Below are positions 31,298 to 41,858 of a stretch of DNA of 64,000 nt, piece after piece; within the stretch, counting starts at the first letter, position 1; every line of letters starts with the position of its first letter. This stretch comes from an uncultured Ruficoccus sp. Lineage in GTDB: Bacteria; Verrucomicrobiota; Verrucomicrobiia; Opitutales; Cerasicoccaceae. Location of the stretch: the NCBI GenBank assembly GCA_965140785.1, contig OZ223510.1, forward strand, positions 96,001 to 160,000, written 5' to 3'. The translations under genes and the position numbers were made by a program. The notes beneath the pieces were generated by a model, which searched no databases, was not told where the DNA came from, and saw only the letters and a program-made list of their open reading frames with translations.

Positions 31298-32125
31298 ATG
31301 AATCGAACGATGAAAGTCATACCATTGCACTATCTCTCGCAGAAAGTCTCCCTGATCGGTTTCTTCCTCCTCTGTGTCGGGACTCTGTCCTGCAACCAGG
31401 CGACTGCCAATGTCGTCTTATATGAAGAGTTGTTTTCCACCTCCACGCCTCTGAGTATGTCCGGGATTGGCTGGGAGGCATTCGGAAGCAGTACGGCTGT
31501 GGACATCAGCGATGTCACTGCCTCGAATACCGTTTATGTGGGATCGGGGCAAGGCAATCCGGCAACTCCGACCGGTTACCTCGCTGCGATCCTTGGGAAT
31601 CCCGATGCGGGGTCGAATGTCAATCGCTATCCTTCTTACGCGGCTTATGAGTCGGGCCTTTCCCTCGACCTTGACGGTGCGACTGTCTCCTGGCGGATGA
31701 ACGCAAGTTCCGGAGCTACATGTCGCGTTCGTGTGTTGATCATGGTAGATAGTGTCTGGTATGTGAGCAATACCAGCGATACCGCATACGAGTATTACAC
31801 GCCCACGACATATGGGACGAGTGCGGATTTTGCTGCGGCTAGTGTCGAAGATGTCGAGAAGTCGTTTAGCTTTACAACGAATGCGTCCTCCTGGCGGGTA
31901 TTCAATCTTGAGGAGGATTCCACCATGTCGATTGGCGATGTTCCCGAGACGGATTTGTCAACTTCTACGATTTCGGCCATCGGGCTTTATATCGTTGGAG
32001 GAGGCACTGGCCGCATTGATACCTTTCAAGTTACCGCCATTCCCGAGGCTTCTACCTATGTCCTGGTGTTGGCTATGGTGTCATTGCTTGCCTCGGCCGT
32101 GCTTAAGCGCCGTCAAAATCGATGA
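31298..32125 (+). CDS. PEP-CTERM-like surface protein
   Basis: Signal peptide; C-terminal IPEASTYVLVLAMVSLLASAVLKRR. Confidence 0.82.
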   Translation: MNRTMKVIPLHYLSQKVSLIGFFLLCVGTLSCNQATANVVLYEELFSTSTPLSMSGIGWEAFGSSTAVDISDVTASNTVYVGSGQGNPATPTGYLAAILGNPDAGSNVNRYPSYAAYESGLSLDLDGATVSWRMNASSGATCRVRVLIMVDSVWYVSNTSDTAYEYYTPTTYGTSADFAAASVEDVEKSFSFTTNASSWRVFNLEEDSTMSIGDVPETDLSTSTISAIGLYIVGGGTGRIDTFQVTAIPEASTYVLVLAMVSLLASAVLKRRQNR

Positions 32126-32199
32126 GCGGTTTTGACGAGAAACATCTTTTCTGTTAGCTTAGTAATTCAATTGTACTTATGGTCTGATTATTCGCTAGA

Positions 32200-32847
32200 A
32201 TGATGAACAACCTACGGATAGATCAGAATGTATGCCAGAATGGGCAGCGAGCATTCTCACTTGTGGAACTACTCGCTGCTCTGGCTATCGTCAGTATTCT
32301 CTCGGTTCTCATTGTTCCAGTGGTCGGTCATATCCGTGCAAAAGCAAGCTGTGTGGAGTGTTTGTCCAACATGCGTCAAATCGCTGTAGGCATGAATCTT
32401 TACGCCAACGATCACAATGATCGCTATCCGAGTTGCTATCCCGATGGGGGTGCGACATGGCGAATGAAATTGTTGCCCTACGTGAACATGCCTGAGGACT
32501 CAATCGGGCTATCTCCTCTGCCGCTGGAAGCGGGTATTTTTGTCTGCCCCAGCTTTGAAAAGGAGTCGTTGGATTCGCGGCAGGCTTCTTATGTTATCAA
32601 CGGACAAATGCGTCCCGAGTATCGCCTGGATTGGGACTACCGGCGTTCGGCTGTTGATCCGGTCACGACGTTCCTTCTGTTGGAATATGACCAGCATACG
32701 TCTCAGTTTCTATATGCATGGGGGGATGAGGATGTGGCCCGCAGGCATCCCAATAATTCGGCCAACTACGCGTTTGTGGACGGCCACGTCGAAAACATTC
32801 AGGAGTTTGTCCCGCGCGGTGATAAACGCTGGTTTTATTCAAACTAA
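32200..32847 (+). CDS. Prepilin-type N-terminal cleavage/methylation + H-X9-DG protein
   Basis: AFSLVELLAALAI, CLSNMRQI, RHPNNSANYAFVDGHV. Confidence 0.92.
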   Translation: MMNNLRIDQNVCQNGQRAFSLVELLAALAIVSILSVLIVPVVGHIRAKASCVECLSNMRQIAVGMNLYANDHNDRYPSCYPDGGATWRMKLLPYVNMPEDSIGLSPLPLEAGIFVCPSFEKESLDSRQASYVINGQMRPEYRLDWDYRRSAVDPVTTFLLLEYDQHTSQFLYAWGDEDVARRHPNNSANYAFVDGHVENIQEFVPRGDKRWFYSN

Positions 32848-33066
32848 TGATGCTATTGGCTATAAGTTTCAGCTCAGCCATCGAACCGAGTGCCTGGCCC
32901 AACACTCAATGGATGCACAATCGCGCTCACGTGGCCTAATCGAAGTACCCAGAGTGGCCTCAGGGAGTTGATTTTAATATTATCGCTAAAACGCCGTTAA
33001 GATTACTTCCAAGGGGTAATGCATGAGGGTTGTTATCCGAGTTTTAAAAAATAATTTAATTAAAAA

Positions 33067-36000
33067 ATGATAATCTACATGTCTATGGGTTCGGTCTTGT
33101 ATATGTTCAATGCCGTTTGTCGTTGGGTGCCGATGGCTCGCGCTTCAACGGGTAAGTGTCTAGGGCCAGTCATCATCACCGTTTTTCTGATGGCAATTTC
33201 CACGGGCCTACGGGGCGAGTCGCTCAGGCCCATGCCTGGCGATGTTTATAATTTTTTCCCTGCCCCGGATTCGCCGGATACAGTTGTGTTCAATGTTGAA
33301 GGATTAACAGATGGGGTATCTGTCGCCTACCGTATCTATAATTACACACAGGAACTAGTCGATGAGGGGCGCACCGAGGTTGTCGATGGGCGTATCGATA
33401 TCTCTATCGAAGTGCCACAGGGATATTATGAGGTTCACTTTCCTGCCTTCAATCAGTCCTTCGGGTTGATCGCGTTGCCGGATTATCCTGTCGGGCACGA
33501 GGGGTATTGGTGCATTGACACAGGGTTGACCTGGAGTAAATGGAGCCCCGAAATGAAAGTGGAGATGATCCGCCTTTTGAATAACAAAGGCATTCGCGGG
33601 TTTCGGGAGCGTTTATCATGGCCTGAGTTGGACGGAAAGGGCAGGTTGAATCTTGAACATGCGAACACTTCACAGGTGCGCGATGAGGTCTACTGCGACA
33701 ATATTGGAGAGCGGCGGGTGTTGGAATTATTTCAGGATTCCCCACTGTATCTGAGACGTGACGCTAGCAATCCATTTTCTATAGATTTGGGCAGAAGCTA
33801 CTCGTCATGGCAGGCGATTGAGGAGCGCTATGGTGCTAGCTGGTCGGCGTTGGAACTGTGGAATGAGCCCTTTTATGTAAAAGGTCTTCCGGCGGATCAA
33901 TATGTGCCAGTGGCGAAGATGGCGGCAGCGGCGGCTTCACGTTCCACCGTGGCGGGTGGGTGCTTCTCTCCAAGCATTTCAGTCGCCTACCTGGATGATT
34001 GCGCTGAGGGAGGATTACTGGATGTGATTGATGCCTTGACGTTGCACCTGTATGGGTCTCCTGAATCCATGCCCAAGCTCATGAGGTTCTACCAGGAGTA
34101 TCTTCAGCGCTATGGGTATCAATCGCTGCCCGTGTGGGTGTCGGAATCCGGTGACCCCGAGTCCATGGGGGAATTTGGACGCGTTTCGTTCGCAAGCGAC
34201 AGGGCGGGCTCAATGAAAACGGTCATGCGAGCGATTGAGTGCAAAGTATACGGTGTAAAGCGATTCTACACCTTCTATCTTCAAAAGCATATCGAGGGGG
34301 TGATTTCGTGGGGAATGACGGATGCCTGGGCGAGTCCTCAGCGTAAGCTGGCTGCCGTTTTGTACGCGGCCCAGAGCGTGGAAGACCGTCCATATCTCGG
34401 GGATCTTAATCCAATGCCCGCAGGGGTGGTTTTCGGTCATGTCTTTGGCGATGAGGAAGAGGCGGTGGTGGTTATTTATGCCCCGGGCCTCGATGCGGTG
34501 AAGCTGCCGTTTCCCGCAGAAAGTCTTGCCGGTGTTGACGGACGGGCGCTGACGGTCAATGCGAATCAGTCGATTCCGGTTCCCGACGGGATTGTGTATG
34601 TGAGACTTCCCCGGGAGAGAATAGAGCCCTTCATCGACCGGGAATGTGACGGCATGAAAGCGCGGCCGGAGTTGGCGCAAGAGCCTCATTCACGTAAAAT
34701 TCATACGCTAGTGCTCCAGCCGGAGTATATCCGCAATCAGACCGAGCAAGTGTCAAACCTGGGGTACTTTCTGGATTCAGAGTCCGCCAGGCATTACACG
34801 GCGGCGACCTACGTGAGCAATCTTTCGGATGAGGTGCAGCAAGTCCGTGTGAGTGTGGACGTGCCGGGCATTGAAAGTGAAGTGCGAGAGGTTTCTTTGG
34901 CTCCGCTCCAGTCGGAGCGAGTCGAGTGGAAGCTTGATCTGAGTCCTGTGATGACGATGCATGAGCGCACCCCGGTGACTTATCATGCCCGCAGCGACAC
35001 GGATGTGGACACGATCACGGTTTATGTGCAGCCTCAGCCTGCCACGCGTATTTACCAAGTTCAGCGTTGTGAGGATGCGCCGAGAATTGACGGAAATCCC
35101 TCGGATGCCTGTTGGGAGCTTGCGGAGAAAACGAAACGTTTGGATTGTCTCGATAATGCGCCCGGCGGTGCTGCGGCTGAGCGAAAGGGGCTGGATGGGG
35201 TTGCGCGTTTCCTGTGGGGGGACATTGGCTTGTACTTCCTGATCGAAGTGGAGGATGAGAAACAGGAATGTCCCGAAAACGCGTCGCTGTCCTGGCAAAG
35301 CGACAGCGTGCAGATCGCTTTTTATCAGGAGAATAGCCCGCAGGACATCAACAGTTTCGAGTGGGGCTTTTTTCGAGATCGAAACGGTGGCTCACGTCGG
35401 GTGCTTTTTCGCAGTTCTCTCGGTGAACCGCTCTCCGAGTCCACGCGCGTCTCAGTTGTACGCGATGAGGCTGAGAAGCGGACCATTTATGAGGGAGTCA
35501 TTGCATGGCTCGACTTGGGCTCCATGAAAGCCATCAATGAGAGGGTTGCCTCGCGTTTTCGACTGAGCTTCATTATCAACGACGCCAATGGCGGCAGCCG
35601 TCGTTGGCTGGAGTGGTCTCCCGGCATCGCCAAGGGTAAAAATCCCTCGGATTATCCAGAATTAATCCTTGTTGATGATGAAGGACATGCAGGGGGGGCG
35701 CAGGCATTGTTGTCGCCTGATGAGGATTGGGAGATTAATATCGAGGGGAGCGTGGAGGTTGTGGAATTCAATCGCGTTCGGGCTTTTAGCATTGACGATA
35801 AAAAGGGGGCCGGGGTTAGTCGGACGGTTCAGCCTGTGGATATGACGCGCCCGCTAAGCTTGACCTTTCGACTTGGGGTGATGGACTTCTCGGAAAATAA
35901 CCGTACCAGCTTTTGCTTTAAAGCTATACTCTGGGGCGAGAAAGATGACGAAGGTTACGAGTGCTGGCTTTCTCCTGATGGCAAACTGTTCGGCGGTAAA

Positions 36001-36276
36001 ACTGGTTTCGTGTTGGCCGATCATGACGGCATGTTGATCAGTCTCGGCAACGAGGATGCTGCTCTTCCTCCGGATGGAAGACTACATAAGATTACGCTGT
36101 GGGTAGATCCGGTCACTCGGATTTTGAAACTTTATGTGGAGGTTAATGGAGTGAATAAACTAATGGCTGAAGGTGTGTCCAAGCGGAATATTGATGATAT
36201 CAACCGATTGGCCTTCACGACTTCCGGATGGGGGTCAGGAGATATCATCCTGGCGGATGTATCCTTGTCCCAATAG
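33067..36276 (+). CDS. Large secreted clan GH-A-like glycoside hydrolase with CBM9-like sugar-binding domain
   Basis: ELWNEP and VWVSESG catalytic-type motifs; PRIDG..W, LYFLIEVED, WQSDSVQIAF CBM9-like pattern. Confidence 0.7.
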   Translation: MIIYMSMGSVLYMFNAVCRWVPMARASTGKCLGPVIITVFLMAISTGLRGESLRPMPGDVYNFFPAPDSPDTVVFNVEGLTDGVSVAYRIYNYTQELVDEGRTEVVDGRIDISIEVPQGYYEVHFPAFNQSFGLIALPDYPVGHEGYWCIDTGLTWSKWSPEMKVEMIRLLNNKGIRGFRERLSWPELDGKGRLNLEHANTSQVRDEVYCDNIGERRVLELFQDSPLYLRRDASNPFSIDLGRSYSSWQAIEERYGASWSALELWNEPFYVKGLPADQYVPVAKMAAAAASRSTVAGGCFSPSISVAYLDDCAEGGLLDVIDALTLHLYGSPESMPKLMRFYQEYLQRYGYQSLPVWVSESGDPESMGEFGRVSFASDRAGSMKTVMRAIECKVYGVKRFYTFYLQKHIEGVISWGMTDAWASPQRKLAAVLYAAQSVEDRPYLGDLNPMPAGVVFGHVFGDEEEAVVVIYAPGLDAVKLPFPAESLAGVDGRALTVNANQSIPVPDGIVYVRLPRERIEPFIDRECDGMKARPELAQEPHSRKIHTLVLQPEYIRNQTEQVSNLGYFLDSESARHYTAATYVSNLSDEVQQVRVSVDVPGIESEVREVSLAPLQSERVEWKLDLSPVMTMHERTPVTYHARSDTDVDTITVYVQPQPATRIYQVQRCEDAPRIDGNPSDACWELAEKTKRLDCLDNAPGGAAAERKGLDGVARFLWGDIGLYFLIEVEDEKQECPENASLSWQSDSVQIAFYQENSPQDINSFEWGFFRDRNGGSRRVLFRSSLGEPLSESTRVSVVRDEAEKRTIYEGVIAWLDLGSMKAINERVASRFRLSFIINDANGGSRRWLEWSPGIAKGKNPSDYPELILVDDEGHAGGAQALLSPDEDWEINIEGSVEVVEFNRVRAFSIDDKKGAGVSRTVQPVDMTRPLSLTFRLGVMDFSENNRTSFCFKAILWGEKDDEGYECWLSPDGKLFGGKTGFVLADHDGMLISLGNEDAALPPDGRLHKITLWVDPVTRILKLYVEVNGVNKLMAEGVSKRNIDDINRLAFTTSGWGSGDIILADVSLSQ

Positions 36277-36392
36277 TAAGGTTTTTCTCTTCCCCCATGC
36301 CTGATTAGCCGGCATCGCGTTCGGATTGACGGTGTTTTGAGTCATTGGATTACGGGGGATGATTACCTGGTTCGAGGCAGGAATTTATGAAA

Positions 36393-36408
36393 ATGCAACA
36401 GTTGTTTT
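36393..36408. promoter_or_regulatory. Putative LacI operator ATGCAACAGTTGTTTT
   Basis: Near-identical to the 31089 site; upstream of the catabolic operon. Confidence 0.65.
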
Positions 36409-36648
36409 ATGGAGGGGTTGTGTGCTCCAGTTGATGATCTATATTGATCGTCATAAATATCTATGAACAAAATTAAAAATATTTTTAGGGTCTCATATTG
36501 TTTAATGCTTAGCTGGTTCGGTATTCCGATGGAGGTGGTAAGTGTTAATTGTCGTTTTGTTTATTATTAAGGATGATGTGAATAGAGTTGGATGTTTGTT
36601 GTTAGTGGTAGTTTTAAGTGTGCATTTTTTGTATTTTAAGATTTCTGT

Positions 36649-37548
36649 ATGATGGATCATTTAAAAGGATGTTTGACGGGGGCGGCACAACACCTCCTTG
36701 ACGTGGGTGCGAATCTGTCGGAGGGACCGTTGTGGGACGAGCGCGAGGATGTGCTCTACTGGGTGGATATCGAGGGGAGGTGCCTGCATCGCTACGATCC
36801 CGCCGCCGACCGGGATGAGGCGTTTGTTATGCCTTCACGGATCGGGATGGTCTGTCTGGGCAAGGATGGGCGCGTAATCGTAGCTCTGGAAAAGGGCATC
36901 TACACGGTGCGGGATGCAAAAACGGTTGAGCTGCTTTACGGCGATGTAGAGCGGATGTTGCGGCGAAACCGCTTCAATGACGGCAAGTGCGACGCGGTCG
37001 GACGGCTCTGGGCCGGCACCATGAACATGGATGGGGAGCGGAACCGTGGGGCGCTTTACCGGATCACGCCCGGCGGGGAATGCGTGAAGATGTTTGATGC
37101 GGTGACAGTTTCTAACGGCATCGAGTGGAGCCCGGACAATCGTTATATGTATTTCATCGACTCGCCTTCCGGTTTTTTGTGGCGTTTCGATTTTGATCTG
37201 GAAACCGGCCGGATCAAACACCCCGTGCAACTGATCGATTACCGCGCAGAGGCGGGCAATTTCGATGGCATGACGATGGACGCCGAAGGGTGTCTGTGGA
37301 TTGCCCAATGGGGAGGGTTTCAGGTTAGCCGTTGGGACCCGCTCAGTGGCAAAAAAATGCTCTCGGTCAAGCTTCCTGTGCCTAACGCTTCCAGCTGCGT
37401 TTTCGGCGGGGAAAATCTGGACAAGCTTTATATCACCACGGCGGTGGGCAAGGACGAGACCGTCAAGCGCGACTACCCGGCTTCGGGGAGTTTGTACGTT
37501 TACGAGGACGGGACGCGGGGCCTGCCCGCCCGGCGTTTTGGCATATGA
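36649..37548 (+). CDS. SMP-30/gluconolactonase family protein
   Basis: EGPLWD, RFNDGKCD..GRLWAGTM, SNGIEWSPD, DGMTMDAEG. Confidence 0.93.
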   Translation: MMDHLKGCLTGAAQHLLDVGANLSEGPLWDEREDVLYWVDIEGRCLHRYDPAADRDEAFVMPSRIGMVCLGKDGRVIVALEKGIYTVRDAKTVELLYGDVERMLRRNRFNDGKCDAVGRLWAGTMNMDGERNRGALYRITPGGECVKMFDAVTVSNGIEWSPDNRYMYFIDSPSGFLWRFDFDLETGRIKHPVQLIDYRAEAGNFDGMTMDAEGCLWIAQWGGFQVSRWDPLSGKKMLSVKLPVPNASSCVFGGENLDKLYITTAVGKDETVKRDYPASGSLYVYEDGTRGLPARRFGI

Positions 37549-38324
37549 GGAACTTTATTATGGATACAAGTTTTGATCTATCGGGACGGAAAGCGTTGGT
37601 GACCGGTTCGAGCCGCGGCATCGGGCGGGCCATTGCGCTCGGGCTGGCCCGGCAAGGTGCGGATGTTGGCGTGCATTACGTCGGGCATTCCCGGGAGGCC
37701 GAAGGCGTAGTCCGGGAAATCCGATCTATGGGGCGGGCGTCTTTTTGCGTCAGGGCTGATCTCGGCACGGAGGATTGCGCGGAGGTGATTTGGTACGCTG
37801 TGGAACGTGACTTTGGGCACTTGGACATTCTGGTCCTGAACGCGTCCATCCAGATCCGAAAACCCTGGGACGAAATCACGGTCACGGACTTTGAGGCCCA
37901 GATGGGGGTCAATGTGCGCGCCTCGCTGCTGTTGATGCAGAAAGTGGTACCGGGGATGAAAGCACACCGTTGGGGCCGCATCCTGACGGTCGGAAGCACG
38001 CAGGAGTTCAAACCCCACCCGGAGATGCTGATTTACGCTTCCTCGAAGGCGGCGCAGACCTTGATGGCCCGTTCGCTGGCTCTGCAACTGGCTCCGCGCG
38101 GGATCACTGTGAACAACCTGGCCCCCGGCACGATTCACACGGACCGCAACTCCGAGGTCTTGGCGGACGAAAGCTATCGCCGGGAAGTGGTCGCGGGCAT
38201 CCCCGCGCAATATATCGGCGAGGCTGAGGACTGCGTGGGGGCGGCCCTGCTGCTGTGTTCCGAAGCCGGGCGTTACATCACCGGAGACAACCTCGTTGTC
38301 GATGGTGGAAAGGCATTTTCCTGA
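37545..38324 (+). CDS. SDR-family sugar/sugar-acid oxidoreductase
   Basis: TGSSRGIG, YASSK, ITGDNLVVDGG. Confidence 0.92.
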   Translation: MRNFIMDTSFDLSGRKALVTGSSRGIGRAIALGLARQGADVGVHYVGHSREAEGVVREIRSMGRASFCVRADLGTEDCAEVIWYAVERDFGHLDILVLNASIQIRKPWDEITVTDFEAQMGVNVRASLLLMQKVVPGMKAHRWGRILTVGSTQEFKPHPEMLIYASSKAAQTLMARSLALQLAPRGITVNNLAPGTIHTDRNSEVLADESYRREVVAGIPAQYIGEAEDCVGAALLLCSEAGRYITGDNLVVDGGKAFS

Positions 38325-38338
38325 ACCGAGAAATTCCT

Positions 38339-39280
38339 ATGAAGACGGTCGGCCTGATTACACTAAATCCTTGTGTGGATAAGACGCTCTTCCTCGACGA
38401 GCTTCCTGCGGAGGGTATTCATACCGCCCGTGAGGTCACCTTTCTGGCGGGGGGAAAGGGTAACAATGTCTCGCGGGTCATGGGACGTTTCGGCCTGAGC
38501 CGAAAATCGCTGGTTATGATCGCGGGCCCGTCTGGCCAACATGTGCGCGAATTGCTGAGCGCAGAGGGGATCCCGGCAGAGTATCTCGAAGTCACGGGCC
38601 TGAGCCGTACGATTACCACGTTGGTAGGCCGTGACTGGCGGCAACTTGCGGTCAAAGAGCGGGGGCCGCAGGTTTCCCCTGCCGATGTGGAGCGGATCAA
38701 GACGCGCTTTCTGGATTTGCTCGCGGGCATTGATTTTCTCTGCTTGTCCGGAACAGTTCCATCTGAGTCTCTGTGGGACTTTCCGGCTTGGGCCATTGGC
38801 GAGGCGAAGAAGCGCGGCTGTCCCGTTTCTTTCGACAGCGACGGCGAAGCCCTTCGCCGTGGGCTGGATGCAGTCCCAGATATTGTCAAGCCCAACGGAG
38901 AGGAAATCCGCGAGGCATGGGGAGTGCCGGTGGACGGACCGGACGACTGGGTGGCCGTGATGCGGCGGATGCTCGCGCTGGGGATTCGCCATCCGATTCT
39001 GAGTCTGGGGGAACACGGAGCCGTGTCCACTTGGGACGGCAACGTTTATCACGTTATCTCGCCGCGGATTCGCTTGGTAAACTCCGTTGGTAGCGGAGAC
39101 AGCTTCGTGGCGGCTTTACTGTATGCCCACATGAACGGGATGGTCTGGAGCGAATGCCTGCGTTGGGCCTCGGCGGCGGGTGCGGCCAATGCCGCCCGCT
39201 GGGAGGCTGCGGGCGTTGGCCCTGAAGACATCCAGTCACTTTTGAACCAGGTGCGTTTCACCCGATTGGGTGAGGTGTGA
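38339..39280 (+). CDS. PfkB (1-phosphofructokinase-like) sugar kinase
   Basis: TLNPCVD, GGKGNNVS, KPNGEE, NSVGSGDSF. Confidence 0.9.
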   Translation: MKTVGLITLNPCVDKTLFLDELPAEGIHTAREVTFLAGGKGNNVSRVMGRFGLSRKSLVMIAGPSGQHVRELLSAEGIPAEYLEVTGLSRTITTLVGRDWRQLAVKERGPQVSPADVERIKTRFLDLLAGIDFLCLSGTVPSESLWDFPAWAIGEAKKRGCPVSFDSDGEALRRGLDAVPDIVKPNGEEIREAWGVPVDGPDDWVAVMRRMLALGIRHPILSLGEHGAVSTWDGNVYHVISPRIRLVNSVGSGDSFVAALLYAHMNGMVWSECLRWASAAGAANAARWEAAGVGPEDIQSLLNQVRFTRLGEV

Positions 39281-40275
39281 ACCGACAGCTTTTCTTTGTC
39301 ATGAAAATTGCCGATTATTTATTGGATCAGCCGGATATTCAGTGGAAGTACGCCGCGCAGATGGGCATCAAGTACGCGGTCGGGCGTATGCCCGATGCGC
39401 AGGTCGTGGAAACAGCCCGGAGCTTTCCGTTACTGGAGGCGATGAAGAAGCGCTACGAGGATGGCGGCTTTAAACTCGTCGTGCTCGAACCGGCCCCTCC
39501 CAACCAAAAAATCAAGATGAACCTCCCCGGGCGCGACGAGGAAATCGAGACCATGCGGCGGTTGATCCGTCATATGGGGCAGTTGGAAATCCCGGTGCTG
39601 TGTTTCAACTTTGTCGCGCACTTTAATTGGGTGCGCACGCACTTGGGCTTGGCAGACCGGGGTGGGGCGCTGGTTTCCGGCTACGACCACAAGACCATGC
39701 AGAGCGGAGAGCTGACCGAGTGCGGCGTGATCGACGAAGCGAAAATGTGGGCGAATCTGGAGTATCTGCTCCGGGCTATCGTCCCGGTGGCGGAGGAGGC
39801 CGGGGTCAAGCTTGCGCTGCACCCTGACGACCCCCCGGTCCCGTCCATCCGCGGCATTGCGCGCATCATCATCAGCGCGGACGCGGCTGAAAAGGCGATC
39901 AATCTTGTGCCCAGTCCGGCCTTGGGTATCACGCTGTGCCAGGGGACATATGCGGCGATGGGCGAAGACATTCCCGCCGTGATCCGGCGTTTCGGCGCTC
40001 TGGAAAAGTTGCACTACGTGCATTTCAGGGACATCCGCGGAGATAAGTACCATTTCAGGGAGAGCTTCCACGACGACGGTATCACGGATATGGCGGCCTG
40101 CATCCGTGCCTACCTCGAAGTTGGCTACGGCGGTTACGCCCGCGTGGATCATGTGCCGACCATGGCTGGCGAAGAAAACAACCGCCCGGGTTACGAATCA
40201 TTGGGGCGGCTTTTCGCCATCGGCTATTTCAAGGGCATGCTGGAGATGTCCCGCTCTAGTCTCGATCCTGTCTGA
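39277..40275 (+). CDS. uxuA: Mannonate dehydratase
   Basis: CFNF..WVRT, LALHPDDPP, GITLCQG, HFRDIRG, F.ESFHDDG, DHVP. Confidence 0.88.
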   Translation: MNRQLFFVMKIADYLLDQPDIQWKYAAQMGIKYAVGRMPDAQVVETARSFPLLEAMKKRYEDGGFKLVVLEPAPPNQKIKMNLPGRDEEIETMRRLIRHMGQLEIPVLCFNFVAHFNWVRTHLGLADRGGALVSGYDHKTMQSGELTECGVIDEAKMWANLEYLLRAIVPVAEEAGVKLALHPDDPPVPSIRGIARIIISADAAEKAINLVPSPALGITLCQGTYAAMGEDIPAVIRRFGALEKLHYVHFRDIRGDKYHFRESFHDDGITDMAACIRAYLEVGYGGYARVDHVPTMAGEENNRPGYESLGRLFAIGYFKGMLEMSRSSLDPV

Positions 40276-40351
40276 ACGTTTTTTCATTTCCAGCCTCAGG
40301 CAATCGGCCAGTGGCTATTCCTACTCACTAAACAAATAAGTAAGATTCATT

Positions 40352-41068
40352 ATGAGTGATAAAATAACCGATACCTACGAGCTTAAGAAGCTCGTCGTTG
40401 ATTACGATGTGAACGCCGTCAGAGCGCGTTACTTGAAGCTATACACGGCGCTGGTTTATGACGCAATGGAGGCGCTTGGGATGTCTGGCCGTTCCATGGA
40501 AAGCGGTGTGTACCCGTTGACCCAGGATATGAAAGTGGCCGGACCGGCCTTTCCCATCCAGCGCTCTTCGACGCCGGTTTGCGATGAATATACGCACAAC
40601 ATTCGGCTGGGCCTGATCAAGAGCATGAGCGATGGTTGTATCCTCATCGCGGATGTTCAAGGCAACAAGAACTGCGGTCAGTTCGGTGAGATCACGGCTA
40701 CCGCCATGCGAGCCCAAGGTTGCGCCGGGGCGGTTATCGACGGGTCCACGCGTGACTCCAGCTTGCTTATCCGCATGGACTTCCCGACCTTCTGCCGATT
40801 CCGTAATCCCGTGGAAGGACTCGGTCGCTCAATGGTCACCCAGTACATGGAGCCCATCTTCATTAACGGTATTGACGGGCAGTTACTGGTTAGCCCCGGC
40901 GACTTCGTCTTCGGCGACTTCGACGGTGTCGTTATCGTCCCCAAGGACATGACCCTGAAGGTGCTCGAACAGGCCGAAGAGTGGTTCAACGGCGAGTCGA
41001 AAAGCCGTCAGGCGATGGCAGAGGGGATGGATCCCTTTGAAGTTTATAACACATACGGAAGATTCTAA
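40352..41068 (+). CDS. RraA / HMG-aldolase family protein
   Basis: TALVYDA, FGEITA, GAVIDGSTRD, VSPGDFVFGDFDGVVIVP. Confidence 0.88.
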   Translation: MSDKITDTYELKKLVVDYDVNAVRARYLKLYTALVYDAMEALGMSGRSMESGVYPLTQDMKVAGPAFPIQRSSTPVCDEYTHNIRLGLIKSMSDGCILIADVQGNKNCGQFGEITATAMRAQGCAGAVIDGSTRDSSLLIRMDFPTFCRFRNPVEGLGRSMVTQYMEPIFINGIDGQLLVSPGDFVFGDFDGVVIVPKDMTLKVLEQAEEWFNGESKSRQAMAEGMDPFEVYNTYGRF

Positions 41069-41069
41069 A

Positions 41070-41717
41070 ATGGACAAGGAAACGGTCATTTCCTCGATTA
41101 TCGGGAGCGGTGTTATCGCCGTCGTGCGCGCCGATAGCGGCGATACCGCTCGGCGGATCGCCGAGGCGTGCCTGGAGGGTGGCGTGTCGGCCATCGAAAT
41201 CACCTTCACCGTTCCCCGGGCGCACCGGGTAATCGAAGAACTGGCGGCTACGTTTTCTCCCGACGAAATTGTGCTGGGCGCCGGGACTGTGCTCGATCCT
41301 GAAACGGCCAGGATCGCTTTGCTCAGCGGCGCTCAGTACATCGTCAGTCCGTATTTTGACCCGGAAACCATTCGCTTGTGCAACCGCTACCGGACGGTGG
41401 CGATGCCCGGAGTCATGAGTGTGCGCGAAGCCGTCCTGGCCATGGAGGCCGGGGCGGACATCCTCAAGGTGTTTCCGGGCGATCTCTTCGGACCGCAGGT
41501 CATTCGTGACTTCCGAGGCCCGCTGCCTCATGCAAAGATGATTCCGACCGGCAACGTCAACACGGCTAATATCGGGGAGTGGATCCGTGCCGGGGCCGTC
41601 GCCGCCGGGGTCGGCTCGGACCTGGTCGGCGGAGCCAAGTCCGGCGACTACGCCGCCGTCACTCGGGCCGCTGGCAACTTCCGCGATTTGGTGGAACAGG
41701 CGCGGGCCGATCTGTAA
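41070..41717 (+). CDS. eda: KHG/KDPG aldolase
   Basis: IAVVR, IEITFTVP, GAGTVLD, LKVFP, PTGNV. Confidence 0.92.
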   Translation: MDKETVISSIIGSGVIAVVRADSGDTARRIAEACLEGGVSAIEITFTVPRAHRVIEELAATFSPDEIVLGAGTVLDPETARIALLSGAQYIVSPYFDPETIRLCNRYRTVAMPGVMSVREAVLAMEAGADILKVFPGDLFGPQVIRDFRGPLPHAKMIPTGNVNTANIGEWIRAGAVAAGVGSDLVGGAKSGDYAAVTRAAGNFRDLVEQARADL

Positions 41718-41858
41718 AACGTTGGAGTAGGACCCCCTGAGTGGATAGAAGCATGCAAGGGGGGGCGGGTTCTGACATCGAAGTGCCCCTGGGGCATGCG
41801 TCCAAGCTCGTATGCGGACAAGAGAAGGGAAAACCATGTCAGGGACATTGGGGTTATT

